Shown: piece after piece, positions 1 through 10,500 of the stretch
How positions within the stretch are numbered: position 1 is the first letter of the stretch
How the letters are laid out: every line of letters begins with the position of its first letter
Assembly: GCA_036339465.1 (NCBI GenBank)
Contig: JAYZAY010000033.1
Coordinates: forward strand, 1 to 64,000
DNA length: 64,000 bases
Direction of reading: 5' to 3'
Origin: Myxococcota bacterium
GTDB lineage: Bacteria; Myxococcota; XYA12-FULL-58-9; JABJBS01
The notes under the pieces: model-generated
The model's input: only the letters and a program-made list of their open reading frames with translations
What the model was told of the DNA's origin: nothing
The model's database searches: none
Program-made: the position numbers and the translations under genes

Positions 1-2
1 AA

Positions 3-548
3 CTAGCACAAAGAGAATTTAAGAAACTGCTCTACCTAGCACCCAATTATCACTTGGACCCTTATTCGGTCCCCCCCCCTATTATCGAAGCATTTGAGAC
101 CATTAGACAACAACTCATGCCCAAGCTGGATACGGCCCAAGATCAGCGGGAGCAAGGTATGGATAACCACTTAGAACTCAAAATCAAACCGCTCTACTCA
201 CTAACCCAGCATAGCGCGTGGCTTACGCTTCTGCCATTTGGCATTGGACAATTCCAAAATGGAAACAAGAAACGAGGAATTGCTTTGGCTATCACACAAG
301 CTGTTTTTCTAGGCATCAATATCGGTTCATACCTAACCAACCGTTACTCAATCCAAAACCCCAAGAACAAGCAAAGGTGGGTTGTCGCCCAATACTTGGG
401 ACTCACCCTTTTTGGGCTAAGCTGGAGCCTGGGCATTTTCGAAGCCCGCATAAATTTCACTCCCTACATTATCCAGCAAAACTTCGATACGCCCCCTACC
501 GGAGGAGGAAAAGCCCTCGATTTTCAACTAAATCTAAACCTACCGTGA
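3..548 (+). CDS. 5'-truncated hypothetical membrane protein (TPR-associated type)
   Basis: Frame is open from the window edge (LAQREFKKLLYLAPNYHLDPYSVPPPIIEAF) with C-terminal hydrophobic segments (LLPFGIGQFQNG...). Stop lies 3 nt before the next ATG. Confidence 0.6.
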   Translation, partial: LAQREFKKLLYLAPNYHLDPYSVPPPIIEAFETIRQQLMPKLDTAQDQREQGMDNHLELKIKPLYSLTQHSAWLTLLPFGIGQFQNGNKKRGIALAITQAVFLGINIGSYLTNRYSIQNPKNKQRWVVAQYLGLTLFGLSWSLGIFEARINFTPYIIQQNFDTPPTGGGKALDFQLNLNLP

Positions 549-551
549 ACG

Positions 552-2339
552 ATGAACCAAAGAGAACGAAATAAGCAACCAAGCGCCCATTTGGTAAAGG
601 TTTCCCAAAACAAGCTCGAGTGGTTTCCCTTGGGAAAACCCATTACTCCAATCATCGCGGAACCGAATGAAATCCTGGGTTATGTCCATCAAAGTGCAAG
701 CACATTCCTACTCCGAGTGGCTGGCGGAAAAACGCGCATGCTGGTCAATAACAAAAAACAAAGAGAAGTCGATTTAGTCCCTGGCGATCAAATCCTCCTC
801 GGAGAAAGTATCTATTTTTTCTGTTATATTCAGCCGCCCCAAGCGACAACCGGAACCTCCAAGAACAGCCAAGAGTTGTTCAAGAAACTCGTCACTTTCT
901 CCGAAAAATTAGTCGAGATTCGAAGCCCTCGAGACGTACTGGAAACGTTAGTTGACCTATTGATCGAATCAACTCACGCGCAAAAAGGATTCGTTTTAAT
1001 CTCCGGTAACCCCGACAGTCGGGTTTTGGTGGCGCGTAATATCACACAAGCCCCGCTCAAGAGTCCTGAAAATGCCCATTCAGACAGTATTGTCCAGACC
1101 GTCCTTAAGAATGGCATCCCAATTCTACTCGGAGATGCCCTACAAGACACTCAATTCAATTCGAGTCATTCCGTATTAAGTCTCAGACTGTCATCTGTCC
1201 TGTGTGTTCCTCTCTGGGAATCACAACAGGTCATTGGCGTTATCTATTTGGGCACCGAAGGTATCCGCGATCTCTTTGACCAAAACTCCGTAGAATTCGT
1301 CACTGTCCTCGCCGCCCATGCATCACTTCTCCTACAAAATGCCAACAAGCTGGCCGAACTACAAGGGGACAACGAAAGCCTCAAAACGGCACTCGATACC
1401 AAGAAGTTTGGCCAAATTATCGGTAGCTCCCCAAACATGGCGAAGATCTTTAAAACGATTGAGCGCGTAGCGCCCACCGACGTCTCTATTCTGATTCAAG
1501 GTGACACGGGCACCGGCAAGGAATTGATCGCCCGAGAACTCCACCGTCGTTCGGAAAGAGCTGCCGGAAAATTCGTGGCCATAAACTGCGGAGCAATTCC
1601 AGAAAATCTGCTTGAATCCGAACTTTTTGGACATATTAAGGGCGCATTTACCGGAGCCGTTGCAACCCGACCCGGGAAATTCCAGCTCGCGAATGGTGGC
1701 ACCCTTTTCCTCGATGAAATTGGTGAAATGCCTCCAGCACTGCAAGTGAAGCTACTCAGGGCACTGCAGGAGCGTGAAGTTTGTCCCGTTGGAGACGAAA
1801 AAGCTGTCAACGTGGACATTCGATTAATTTCTGCCACCCACAAAAACCTCGAAGACGCCATTTCTCAGGGCACTTTCCGAGAAGATCTGTATTACCGACT
1901 CAATGTCGTAAATATTCTCCTTCCCAGCCTGAGAGAGCGAACTGAAGATATCCCCCTCTTAGCGCGTTATCTATTAAGAAAAGTTTTGAACGAATACGGG
2001 CTCGGTCCACAGGAGTTTACAACACAAGCCACCATCGCCATGAAAAGCTATCATTGGCCCGGGAATATTCGGGAACTCGAAAATAGGATCCGCAAAGCCA
2101 CGGTCTTATCAGATAATGCCTTTCTCCATCCCGAGGACCTAGGCTTGACCCATGAAAGTTTGGTTCCTATCAAATCCCTTTCAATGGCCAAAGATAATTT
2201 TGCCCATCAATATATAACAGACGCCTTAGCCCGGTTTAATGGTAATAAAACCCAAGCCGCAAAGGCACTCGGAGTTGATCCAAGGACCATTTTTCGATTC
2301 CTCGAAAAACAAACAAACACGGCGACCAAAGAAACATGA
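552..2339 (+). CDS. sigma-54 enhancer-binding protein (FHA-like + GAF + AAA+ + Fis HTH)
   Basis: Walker A GDTGTGKE, ESELFGH.KGAFTGA, GTLFLDEIGE, WPGNIRELEN, HTH GNKTQAAKALGV. GAF segment SVLCVPL..VIGVIYL. Confidence 0.93.
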   Translation: MNQRERNKQPSAHLVKVSQNKLEWFPLGKPITPIIAEPNEILGYVHQSASTFLLRVAGGKTRMLVNNKKQREVDLVPGDQILLGESIYFFCYIQPPQATTGTSKNSQELFKKLVTFSEKLVEIRSPRDVLETLVDLLIESTHAQKGFVLISGNPDSRVLVARNITQAPLKSPENAHSDSIVQTVLKNGIPILLGDALQDTQFNSSHSVLSLRLSSVLCVPLWESQQVIGVIYLGTEGIRDLFDQNSVEFVTVLAAHASLLLQNANKLAELQGDNESLKTALDTKKFGQIIGSSPNMAKIFKTIERVAPTDVSILIQGDTGTGKELIARELHRRSERAAGKFVAINCGAIPENLLESELFGHIKGAFTGAVATRPGKFQLANGGTLFLDEIGEMPPALQVKLLRALQEREVCPVGDEKAVNVDIRLISATHKNLEDAISQGTFREDLYYRLNVVNILLPSLRERTEDIPLLARYLLRKVLNEYGLGPQEFTTQATIAMKSYHWPGNIRELENRIRKATVLSDNAFLHPEDLGLTHESLVPIKSLSMAKDNFAHQYITDALARFNGNKTQAAKALGVDPRTIFRFLEKQTNTATKET

Positions 2340-2899
2340 AACAAGAGCGCACCATACAAAAAAACAATCACGTTTTTCTCCTGTCTATTGCTCTCTCCAT
2401 AAACAGTTGTTTACTCCCCCCTCCTTTTGAAGCCGAAGACAATTATCTCAATTTACCCCCACGAATAGAAGCTAACTCCTTAGACCCACACCCAGCAGAA
2501 GGCGCCGTTCGCATTTACACCGTTTGTGGTACCATGAGGTTTAGCGCCCGGCTTGTAGATCCCAACCTCGGCGATACGCTCTACTGGAGAGTATTCTTAA
2601 ACTACGACCTTGAACCAACCCCCCTAGAAAGCCAGCTCCTAGAATTCGACACCGTTGCCTCCACCGAATCAGGCCTAACCATCGAATTCGAAATCGATCC
2701 ACAAGACTTTCGGTTCACCTTAAGAAACGAAGAAAACAATCAACACTATGTGGAACTATTACTGAGCGACCGACCATTCAGTGACAATACCTTTCCAAAA
2801 AATCGTTTCGTGGCAGATCAATTAGGTTACCAAGACTTATTCGCTTGGCCTGTCTTTCTCGATGAGAGCACCGAGTCTTGTCCGGGAGGCAATCAATAA
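2336..2899 (+). CDS. hypothetical lipoprotein
   Basis: ATGA overlap with upstream stop; signal peptide ending in lipobox-like INSC. Confidence 0.65.
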   Translation: MKQERTIQKNNHVFLLSIALSINSCLLPPPFEAEDNYLNLPPRIEANSLDPHPAEGAVRIYTVCGTMRFSARLVDPNLGDTLYWRVFLNYDLEPTPLESQLLEFDTVASTESGLTIEFEIDPQDFRFTLRNEENNQHYVELLLSDRPFSDNTFPKNRFVADQLGYQDLFAWPVFLDESTESCPGGNQ

Positions 2900-4545
2900 T
2901 GCATGTGAACCAACTCATCCCAATCGGACTTGCCTTATGCCTCGTGCACTCAGCTTGTTCAATCTCTGCAACGACCGACTCGGAGCGCACGGTCGAATGT
3001 CGCGAGAGAATGGACTGTATTAAGGGGAATATCTGCTATCAAGGACAATGTGTACCTGCTATGGACGGACAAATCCTCGACATTGACAAGATCTATTTTG
3101 ACCTCTCAGTACCCCCACGATCATCTTATGTTTCCCAAGCCGACCAAATGAGTCCTCGACTGAATGAGGACCTCCAGAACTTAGAAATAGAACTGCTCCC
3201 CACGACCACCGTGAAAATTGATTGGCCCAATAGCAATACGGCCCTCAATGGAGAACTCCACGTTTTCCCGGAGTCCCCCGGAGCTCTCGCCGAAATCGCG
3301 AGTCAGAAAAAAGCGACCTTTACCAGCATAAGTACGAAAGAAGACACCTATCTTGACCTGGTTCCCGGTGCTTACCGATTTCGACTTTCAAAAATAACAA
3401 ATCAATTTTCCGGTGAAGCACACCCCCCCCTTGAAATAGGCATTATCGACATCCGAGCCAATCACCCACCCATTTCATTGGACTACACCTCAGACACCGA
3501 CTCAAAAAAAATAGGCGGTAAAATACAACTACTCGGTTTGCCCCCTGACGCGGAAAGTACCATCTTCGCCTACATCGATGATCCAACTTTTGGGATCAGG
3601 CAAGTGTCCAATACCGCCAGTCTGGTTCCATATGAAAGCTTTGCCCTGTCGATCATTTCTGGACTTGAAAAAGTGAATTTCATGGTCGAGATAGAGACCG
3701 CCAATATGACTCTCATTGCGCGATTTCTCGATCACAGCACCTCAACCCCAGAAACGGCCATCTCACTGGAATACGACTTTCGGGAAATTCCAATAAATAT
3801 CAACCTCAATGCCCAGTCTGTGGATGTCCCTCTAACTGGTACGCTCTTACTCGAAGGCTGCCTTAGTGAATCTCCCAAAACCGTGGTCAGTGCCACTGGC
3901 TCGGTCCAAATAGACTCTCCCTTAAACCAACGCACTCGGCTCCCAATTGGCCGCTATCAAAGCATGTGGATCCCCCGAGATAAATCCCTCAGCGCAATAA
4001 CATCCCTATTCTGTATTGGCGAACCAAATCTGAACACCCCCTGCACTCAGACCGAGAAACGAGAAACCCAGCTATCCATCAACCTCTTGCCTGCACAGGC
4101 CATTAGAGGCACGATTTCCGATGCGCTATCACAACCCGTCCGGAACGCAGAAATCCAAGTAGAATACCCCATTCATAGACAAACTAGGTCCTTTTCAACC
4201 ACCACAAACGCCGAGGGAAGTTTCAGCCTTACCATTGACCATCTATCCGAGCTCCAAGATATATCCAACATCCGTCTTTCGGTGAGCCCCACCCCAGGGC
4301 AAATCGCCCCTCGAATCACACGTTCAATTGCCTTAAACAGCCTGACTTCGATGCTCTCATTCTCTTTGCCTGCCCCCCTCTTTCTTCCAGGCCAAGTAAC
4401 GAGTTCATTGGGAAACCCGGTCAAAGATGTTACCGTTTTTGGGTACCAATACTGGCAAGAAGAGCAGAAAATGGAATTGGTCGGGGTTTCAACCACCAAT
4501 AAAAATGGTGAATTCGTCTTGCTTTTACCAATCAATGAAAGATAG
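2899..4545 (+). CDS. Cys-rich lipoprotein with carboxypeptidase-regulatory-like (Ig-like) domains
   Basis: TAATG overlap; lipobox HSAC; Cys cluster CRERMDCIKGNICYQGQC; motifs GTISD..SQPVRNA, TTNAEGSF, TTNKNGEF. Confidence 0.7.
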   Translation: MHVNQLIPIGLALCLVHSACSISATTDSERTVECRERMDCIKGNICYQGQCVPAMDGQILDIDKIYFDLSVPPRSSYVSQADQMSPRLNEDLQNLEIELLPTTTVKIDWPNSNTALNGELHVFPESPGALAEIASQKKATFTSISTKEDTYLDLVPGAYRFRLSKITNQFSGEAHPPLEIGIIDIRANHPPISLDYTSDTDSKKIGGKIQLLGLPPDAESTIFAYIDDPTFGIRQVSNTASLVPYESFALSIISGLEKVNFMVEIETANMTLIARFLDHSTSTPETAISLEYDFREIPININLNAQSVDVPLTGTLLLEGCLSESPKTVVSATGSVQIDSPLNQRTRLPIGRYQSMWIPRDKSLSAITSLFCIGEPNLNTPCTQTEKRETQLSINLLPAQAIRGTISDALSQPVRNAEIQVEYPIHRQTRSFSTTTNAEGSFSLTIDHLSELQDISNIRLSVSPTPGQIAPRITRSIALNSLTSMLSFSLPAPLFLPGQVTSSLGNPVKDVTVFGYQYWQEEQKMELVGVSTTNKNGEFVLLLPINER

Positions 4546-4554
4546 CTGCACAGC

Positions 4555-5022
4555 ATGAACCCAGGAAGACTCATCACCTATCTAGGCTTTACCGCTTTCG
4601 TCGGATTTTTTGTATACGCAATATTGGGCGGAATGCTCACCTCTATGCATGAAAACTTAGGCGAATTAGACCTCAACCCAGAAAACAGATTAGCCCCCTG
4701 CACGCGACAACTGACCATCGCAGAGGACGATCTCCACTGGCTTCTCTCCCAACGGAGTAAAGAGACATCGGCCCTAGCGCTAAACTCCAACAATACCATC
4801 GAAAAATTCGGAGAAACCTCCAACCGAATCGACCAACTCGAAAAGCATTGCTATGGGAAAATAACAGCCCTCTTTGACCAAGCCATTGAATCGCTTAAAT
4901 CCCTGAGACACACGGGAAGCCTCTCAATCGATACTCTAAATCAATCGAAAGTTAACGCGAGATCAGCAACTTCGAAAATCACCGCCAGTAATCAGACCAA
5001 AGAATCACCGCCCCTGAAGTAA
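4555..5022 (+). CDS. hypothetical membrane-anchored protein
   Basis: 155-aa ORF 9 nt downstream of previous gene; N-terminal TM helix. Confidence 0.55.
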   Translation: MNPGRLITYLGFTAFVGFFVYAILGGMLTSMHENLGELDLNPENRLAPCTRQLTIAEDDLHWLLSQRSKETSALALNSNNTIEKFGETSNRIDQLEKHCYGKITALFDQAIESLKSLRHTGSLSIDTLNQSKVNARSATSKITASNQTKESPPLK

Positions 5023-5952
5023 TTACCCGCTCTATTCAATTTCCAGCCTCGTAAAACTTCAAGAAAGAATGCGCTTAAATCAATTAATCGGCTAGAACCT
5101 TCACTTCTGCTACAGGCCCTACTAAAGACTGCCCTCGATAATGAATCTCTGCGGCTCCATTCAACGTCCGGAAATCCAAAGTTGCAGCACGATGACATGA
5201 AATGGTCCAATCAAGTGTCGACACCACCCAATGACAAAGGCCGTGGGGCCACCTGAGAAGAGGGCCCAACCAATGCCTCTATTGCGCCCTGGCCCGGTCC
5301 GGTCACCGACACTCTCCATACCGAAGCCATATGAAAATCCCCCCCCAAGCCATAACACTCCTAGGATCGGTTCATCATCAGTAAAGCGTAGAGTCTCTTT
5401 TCTCTGATTGGGCTAACCCTCCCAACGGTCGGCCGCCGCAGGGTCAAATGGTTCAGAAAAAGAAGTTCTTTGAGAAACTCTCAATAAAGACGAAAACAAA
5501 CCTCTGACGCTGACTCTGACTCAACTTCAGGAAACATTCCACGCTCATCCGTTCCAATACCTTCGCCGTCTTGGTGCGGTTCGAATTCCTTTTGTCCATT
5601 TGAGTCGTCACGGTAAACAGAAGGAGAATTATGTGATTCATTTGCCCTAAAACCACCTCCGTCTCAGGAACGGATTCATCATAGATTTCGAGCCCATCAC
5701 CCTGCTCGAAGCAACCGTTCTCGATTGCTCACAGCCAGTCATTGTAGTTTCGCCAACAGCAGTAATTAAGTGTGAGCGCCTTTTCGAAAAGAAGAATCTG
5801 ATTCTCCTTTAGAGACGAATGTTTTAAAATACGAATCCAATACAATCTAGCCACAAGCGACAAATAGTCGCACCGAAAAAAGGAGAGACAGCGATCAGAT
5901 AAAAGTCATAAGAAAATCAGGAAAGGGTATCGCTGACTAAAGAAAAATAAGA

Positions 5953-6468
5953 TTATACCAAACTATTTATATGTCGTTTGGCGAGTTCAACATAATGAGG
6001 CGCTGAACTCTTTATTAATTCTCGTTCCGATTCTCTGATGGGACGAAGCACCTTCGCCGGAGTACCTGCCACCACATGCCCGGAAGGCACCCGCATCCCC
6101 GGTGGAACCAAAGCTCCCGCCGCAACAAGAGAAAATGGTTCGATCACGGCCCCATCCAATATAATTGCCCCCATCCCCACCAATGTATCATCACCGACTT
6201 CACAGCCATGTAAGATCGCCCGATGTCCCACGGTGACTCGATCTCCGATGATTGCGTCAAATTGGTCAGTCGTAACATGAATCATCGTGAGATCCTGGAT
6301 ATTCGTATCCATACCTACTCTGATTTTCCCAACATCCCCACGTAGAACAGAACCATACCAGATGTTCGATCGGTCCCCTAAATCAACATCGCCAATCACA
6401 TCTGCGGTTGGTGCCACAAAGACCGAACTGCCCAGCTGTGGTTGGATTCCTTCAAAATCACGCAACAT
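5953..6468 (-). CDS. gamma carbonic anhydrase family protein (YrdA/PaaY-like)
   Basis: Hexapeptide repeats; LRGD, NIQD...H, VGHRAILHGC Zn-ligand motifs. Confidence 0.92.
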   Translation of the reverse strand: MLRDFEGIQPQLGSSVFVAPTADVIGDVDLGDRSNIWYGSVLRGDVGKIRVGMDTNIQDLTMIHVTTDQFDAIIGDRVTVGHRAILHGCEVGDDTLVGMGAIILDGAVIEPFSLVAAGALVPPGMRVPSGHVVAGTPAKVLRPIRESERELIKSSAPHYVELAKRHINSLV

Positions 6469-6471
6469 TTT

Positions 6472-6795
6472 TTATCTCCTCGTCCATAGAAACGCCCCCA
6501 TAATACCGGTCAAGCCGCCTGCACAATCACATAACCAATCCAAGATGTCCGGATTTCGAGAAGGCACAAAACCTTGCATAAATTCATCGGCGGCGGCCAA
6601 CAAAGACAAGCCGAGAAAGGCAAAAATGACCCGCACATTGTAAGCCAAAAAGCTCAAGGCACCCGCGATACCATACTCAACAAAATGAACCAACTTATCT
6701 ATTCCTGGAATATCAATTGTCTTTTCGGGGCCCATTGGGAGGTGGTTTACAAACAACACCAGGGCAAGCCATGCCCAAAAAATCCAAGGCGGCAT
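6472..6795 (-). CDS. VanZ family membrane protein
   Basis: DKLVHFVEYG and DEFMQGFVPSR..DILDW motifs. Confidence 0.88.
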   Translation of the reverse strand: MPPWIFWAWLALVLFVNHLPMGPEKTIDIPGIDKLVHFVEYGIAGALSFLAYNVRVIFAFLGLSLLAAADEFMQGFVPSRNPDILDWLCDCAGGLTGIMGAFLWTRR

Positions 6796-8091
6796 CTAAA
6801 ATGACTCACCAGCATCGACCGCCAAAACAACCACGGATTCTATATGTGGTGTTTCAGGAAACATATCAAAAGCGTTCACCTTACATGGCTTGTACCCAAC
6901 TTCTGAAAGAATCCGGATATCGCGAGCCAGAGTGCCGGGATCACAAGAGACATAGACAATAGTGGGGCGATATTTGTGTTTAACAATCCACTCGCACACA
7001 TCGCGCATTCCAAACCGCGGTGGGTCAGCCAATAAAATGTCGGATTCCGCCATCCACTTCATTGCATCCACATCATTGAGTGCCTCAATACTTAGGGATA
7101 GCCCATTGTCTTGAGCATTTCGGCGACAATAATTTACCGCCTTTGGATTAGCTTCCGTCACCCGAATCAAATGTTGCGCCTTTGCCAAAGGTATGGAGAG
7201 ATTGCCAACGCCTGAATGAAGTTCAAGAATGCCCATCGTTCGCTGTGGATTTAAGGCATCGAAAATCTCCAGAACATGGTCAATCAAGCGATCGTTGACC
7301 GCGGGGTTGGCTTGGGTAAACATACCGGGGCTATAGAAAAGCTTGTACTCATTGCTACGTTGATGGTCATAAAGTAATTCGACATTGCCTACTTGGCGCT
7401 CCGTGTCCTCACCTGACCACCACAGCCCCGCAATTCCTATTTTTTCTAGCCATTCCATCGTTGGAACCCAAACGTTCGAATTCCCTTCAAAAGAGAAAAA
7501 AGCCGCCGCTCGCCCACTAATCCGAGAATAGGACAATTCAACTTCACGCAAGCCCAACTCCCCGGGTAATCGATGAGTTTCACTGACCAGCTTCCTCAAA
7601 ACTGTCTCTAACTCAGGCCACAAAACCGGACACCCCTTAAATGGAGCCAATTTCCTAGAATTTCTTTGATAAAAGCCCAAACGCCCCCGGCGATCCGCAT
7701 GTAGCCGTACTCGGTGCCGATAATTCCAGCCATCACCAACCTGAACCAAGGAAATATTCTGTTCCCAATCCACACCCGCAATTCTACGAAGGGCCTCGTG
7801 TAGACGTTTGAGTTTCGTTCGCGCCTGACCCAAATAGGAATAATCCTTCAAAACACAGCCACCACAAAGTTTATCATGACAGCGACTCAGTACTCTATCA
7901 GGGGACTCCTCAAGCCATTGCGATACTTTCGCAATCTGAAGCTTTTTCTTTTTTCCAAGTAACTCAAGTCGGACTTTGTCCCCAGGTAAGGTTCCCTTAA
8001 CAAAAACCACTTGGCCAGATTCTAACCGTCCAATCCCATCACCCTCGGAAGACACATCTTCAATGATTACTTCGTTCATGACTTTATCCAC
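6796..8091 (-). CDS. rlmD: 23S rRNA (uracil-5)-methyltransferase, RlmD/RumA family with TRAM domain
   Basis: TRAM N-terminus, CGGC Fe-S motif, FTQAN, DPPRFG, YVSCDPGTLARD, FDMFPETPHIE. Confidence 0.88.
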   Translation of the reverse strand: MDKVMNEVIIEDVSSEGDGIGRLESGQVVFVKGTLPGDKVRLELLGKKKKLQIAKVSQWLEESPDRVLSRCHDKLCGGCVLKDYSYLGQARTKLKRLHEALRRIAGVDWEQNISLVQVGDGWNYRHRVRLHADRRGRLGFYQRNSRKLAPFKGCPVLWPELETVLRKLVSETHRLPGELGLREVELSYSRISGRAAAFFSFEGNSNVWVPTMEWLEKIGIAGLWWSGEDTERQVGNVELLYDHQRSNEYKLFYSPGMFTQANPAVNDRLIDHVLEIFDALNPQRTMGILELHSGVGNLSIPLAKAQHLIRVTEANPKAVNYCRRNAQDNGLSLSIEALNDVDAMKWMAESDILLADPPRFGMRDVCEWIVKHKYRPTIVYVSCDPGTLARDIRILSEVGYKPCKVNAFDMFPETPHIESVVVLAVDAGESF

Positions 8092-8103
8092 ATAAACCTC
8101 ACC

Positions 8104-8910
8104 TTAAGACATCACACGAATCTCAAAGACACGCTCTAGGAGACCATCCCCAAGAAAAGCTCTTGCCGAACCATTTCGAATCGCGAATTCGACATAACCA
8201 CTTGAGCTTGCCAAAGCGAGAAAATCACCCTCAGGCACCTCTCCATATGTTCGACAGAAAGGGGCCCGCTTTATCTCGTCACCATGAACCACGACCTCTT
8301 TAACGCCCATTGGCAATTCTTGAACCTTCAGATTCGTGATGACATTCCCAAAATTATCGTTCCACTCGCAACGGACTTTCCATGTTAACTCGCCCGATTT
8401 CACCGCTTTGATCCTTCGCTTGACGACCGGATCATCGATCAATGGCCCTACCTCACAAAGATCGAGCCCCATTGAAATCTCAGCGGCAACCGGTGCAAAA
8501 ATATCGCGACCATGGAAGGTCGTCGAAACCTCTGGTTGAAATAAGGCCCTATTGGTCAGCTCATAAACTTCGGCATCAGCTTGCTCGAGAGGCCAACTTA
8601 AAACCCCATTGTCTGGACCCACAAAAGTCATTCCTTTGGACCGAACAGCAATGCCTCGGCGACCCGTCCCGACACCAGGATCCACCACCACCACAAACAC
8701 CGTTCCCAACGGAAAGGCAAAGGCCGTTTGCTCTAACAAATACCGAGCTTCATCGATGGATTGCGCCTTTATTGCATGGGAGATATCCACGAGGTTTATC
8801 CCTCGCCCTATGGAAAAGAGGACCCCTTTCATCTGGGCCACATAGGCACTTGCTTCACCAAAATCCGTCATCAAGGCAATCGTATTCATCAGCGCTATCT
8901 TACGCGTCAT
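8104..8910 (-). CDS. SAM hydroxide adenosyltransferase / halogenase family protein (DUF62)
   Basis: TDFG, VVDPGVGT.R, GPDNG, STTFHGRDIFAP, DNFGN motifs. Confidence 0.92.
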   Translation of the reverse strand: MTRKIALMNTIALMTDFGEASAYVAQMKGVLFSIGRGINLVDISHAIKAQSIDEARYLLEQTAFAFPLGTVFVVVVDPGVGTGRRGIAVRSKGMTFVGPDNGVLSWPLEQADAEVYELTNRALFQPEVSTTFHGRDIFAPVAAEISMGLDLCEVGPLIDDPVVKRRIKAVKSGELTWKVRCEWNDNFGNVITNLKVQELPMGVKEVVVHGDEIKRAPFCRTYGEVPEGDFLALASSSGYVEFAIRNGSARAFLGDGLLERVFEIRVMS

Positions 8911-8942
8911 CCCCGACTAAACAAGTAGAGAAGTATTGAAGA

Positions 8943-10061
8943 TTAACTCTTAGGGCTAGAACCCGAAGAAATATCAAAAAACGCGTACGCCATTTCGGTG
9001 TCCGCCCCCAGCTCCTCAGCCAATTCAGCTGACTCAAGCCCTTCCGGTGGTGGTACCATCGAGTTCGTCCAGAATCGATATTTCCCAATCGCCGGCGCAT
9101 TGACCAATGGGTCCTCAATGGCCTCTGCCACCGTAACCACGGGCTCACAACATGTCGAGACCCCCTCAAAAGCCTTGACCCACTCGTCCTGAGTCCGGCT
9201 ACGAAAACTCTCCTCTAATTGCGAAACAGCCGAATCTCGCTCCTCACCGGAAGCAAAGGCCTTATCGGTCAACTCTGGTCGTCCAACAATCTCGCAAATG
9301 GTCTTAAAAAACTTGGGTTCCAGAGCACCCACGGCCATAAATTTCCCGTCAGCTGTGGGATAGGCCCGGTAACATGGAAGTCCACCGCTCAAAAAGCTAT
9401 TACCTCCTTCAAGGGGCAAAAAACCCATACCCTGGGCAAGATAGGACAACCGTGCAAGCTTATGAACTTCGCGCGCCATGGAAATCTCAATGTGACGCCC
9501 TTTTCCAGTCCTCGTGCGTTCCAATAAGGCGGCAAGAACGGCGCTTACCGCACCTTGAGCTCCACCAAACACATCGCCTATCTGCACACCAGGAATCGCG
9601 GGAACCCCTTCGGAACAAGGCATCAAAGACATCACGCCCGCTCGCGCCAGAAAGTTAACATCGTGCCCCACCAAACCAACAGGCGATTGCGTGGTGCCGT
9701 AGCCCGTAATCGAACAATGAACCAGTTTAGGATTAAGTTTCAAGAGCGCCCCAGACTCCAACCCCAATTTACCCATCACCCCCGGTCGAAAAGAGTCTAT
9801 AAGCACATCCGCCTTCGTAACCATCTCTCGAAAAATATTTTGTTGTTCCTTAAGGTTCAACCTCACGCTTTTCTTCCCTGCATTGAGAGCATGGTAAAAA
9901 GCAGACGCCCCCTCTAATACGGGTGCCATATGACGGGCTGGGTCTCCTTCAGAGGATTCCAACTTAAATACTGTTGCGCCCATGTCCGCCAATAGGCGCG
10001 TCGCGTAGGGACCCGGTAAGTGACGGGAAATGTCTAGAACAATACAATCGGACAGGACCAT
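8943..10061 (-). CDS. CaiB/BaiF class III CoA-transferase (AMACR-like)
   Basis: LPGPYATRLLADMGA, FRPGVM.KLG, GHDVNF, GALEPKF. Start placed at ATG 10061 to avoid overlap with the SCP2 gene. Confidence 0.9.
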   Translation of the reverse strand: MVLSDCIVLDISRHLPGPYATRLLADMGATVFKLESSEGDPARHMAPVLEGASAFYHALNAGKKSVRLNLKEQQNIFREMVTKADVLIDSFRPGVMGKLGLESGALLKLNPKLVHCSITGYGTTQSPVGLVGHDVNFLARAGVMSLMPCSEGVPAIPGVQIGDVFGGAQGAVSAVLAALLERTRTGKGRHIEISMAREVHKLARLSYLAQGMGFLPLEGGNSFLSGGLPCYRAYPTADGKFMAVGALEPKFFKTICEIVGRPELTDKAFASGEERDSAVSQLEESFRSRTQDEWVKAFEGVSTCCEPVVTVAEAIEDPLVNAPAIGKYRFWTNSMVPPPEGLESAELAEELGADTEMAYAFFDISSGSSPKS

Positions 10062-10098
10062 TCTAGGCCCCTTATGGTGAATCGTTAAGGAATCAGAA

Positions 10099-10428
10099 TT
10101 AACCGAGCAGTGCACCCAACTTCATGGCCAAAGCCATGTCTCCAGCGACTTTCAATTTGCCCGTCATAAACGCCATTTGCCCATTAAGCTTCCCATTGAT
10201 AATATCGAGGAAATCTTCGGTGGTAATTGTGATGTTGCAATTTGCTTCCGCATCACCGGACACCACTTTGCCACCAGGTTCGGTAAGGTCAACAACCCAA
10301 ATCCCACCTGCATCGCCGGTGACCTCGAATTTATATTTTGCGTTGATTTGGTCAATCAATTCGGGTTTCTTTTCAAGTCGAGCGGGAATATGCTTTTCAA
10401 AAATTTCGTTTACAGATTCAACGGCCAT
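10099..10428 (-). CDS. SCP2 sterol/lipid-binding domain protein
   Basis: AFMTGKLKVAGDMALAMKL signature; AGGAG RBS upstream. Confidence 0.92.
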   Translation of the reverse strand: MAVESVNEIFEKHIPARLEKKPELIDQINAKYKFEVTGDAGGIWVVDLTEPGGKVVSGDAEANCNITITTEDFLDIINGKLNGQMAFMTGKLKVAGDMALAMKLGALLG

Positions 10429-10500
10429 TGGCTACTCCTTAAATTTTCCCTTAAGATCAAGGGTCCTGATATCATCGGCCTCTAAGGGCGTCAATAATAC

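Noticed and set aside
8104..8910. True fluorinase/chlorinase
   Set aside because: The TFHGRD His-Arg-Asp motif and housekeeping context fit the SAM hydrolase (DUF62) branch.
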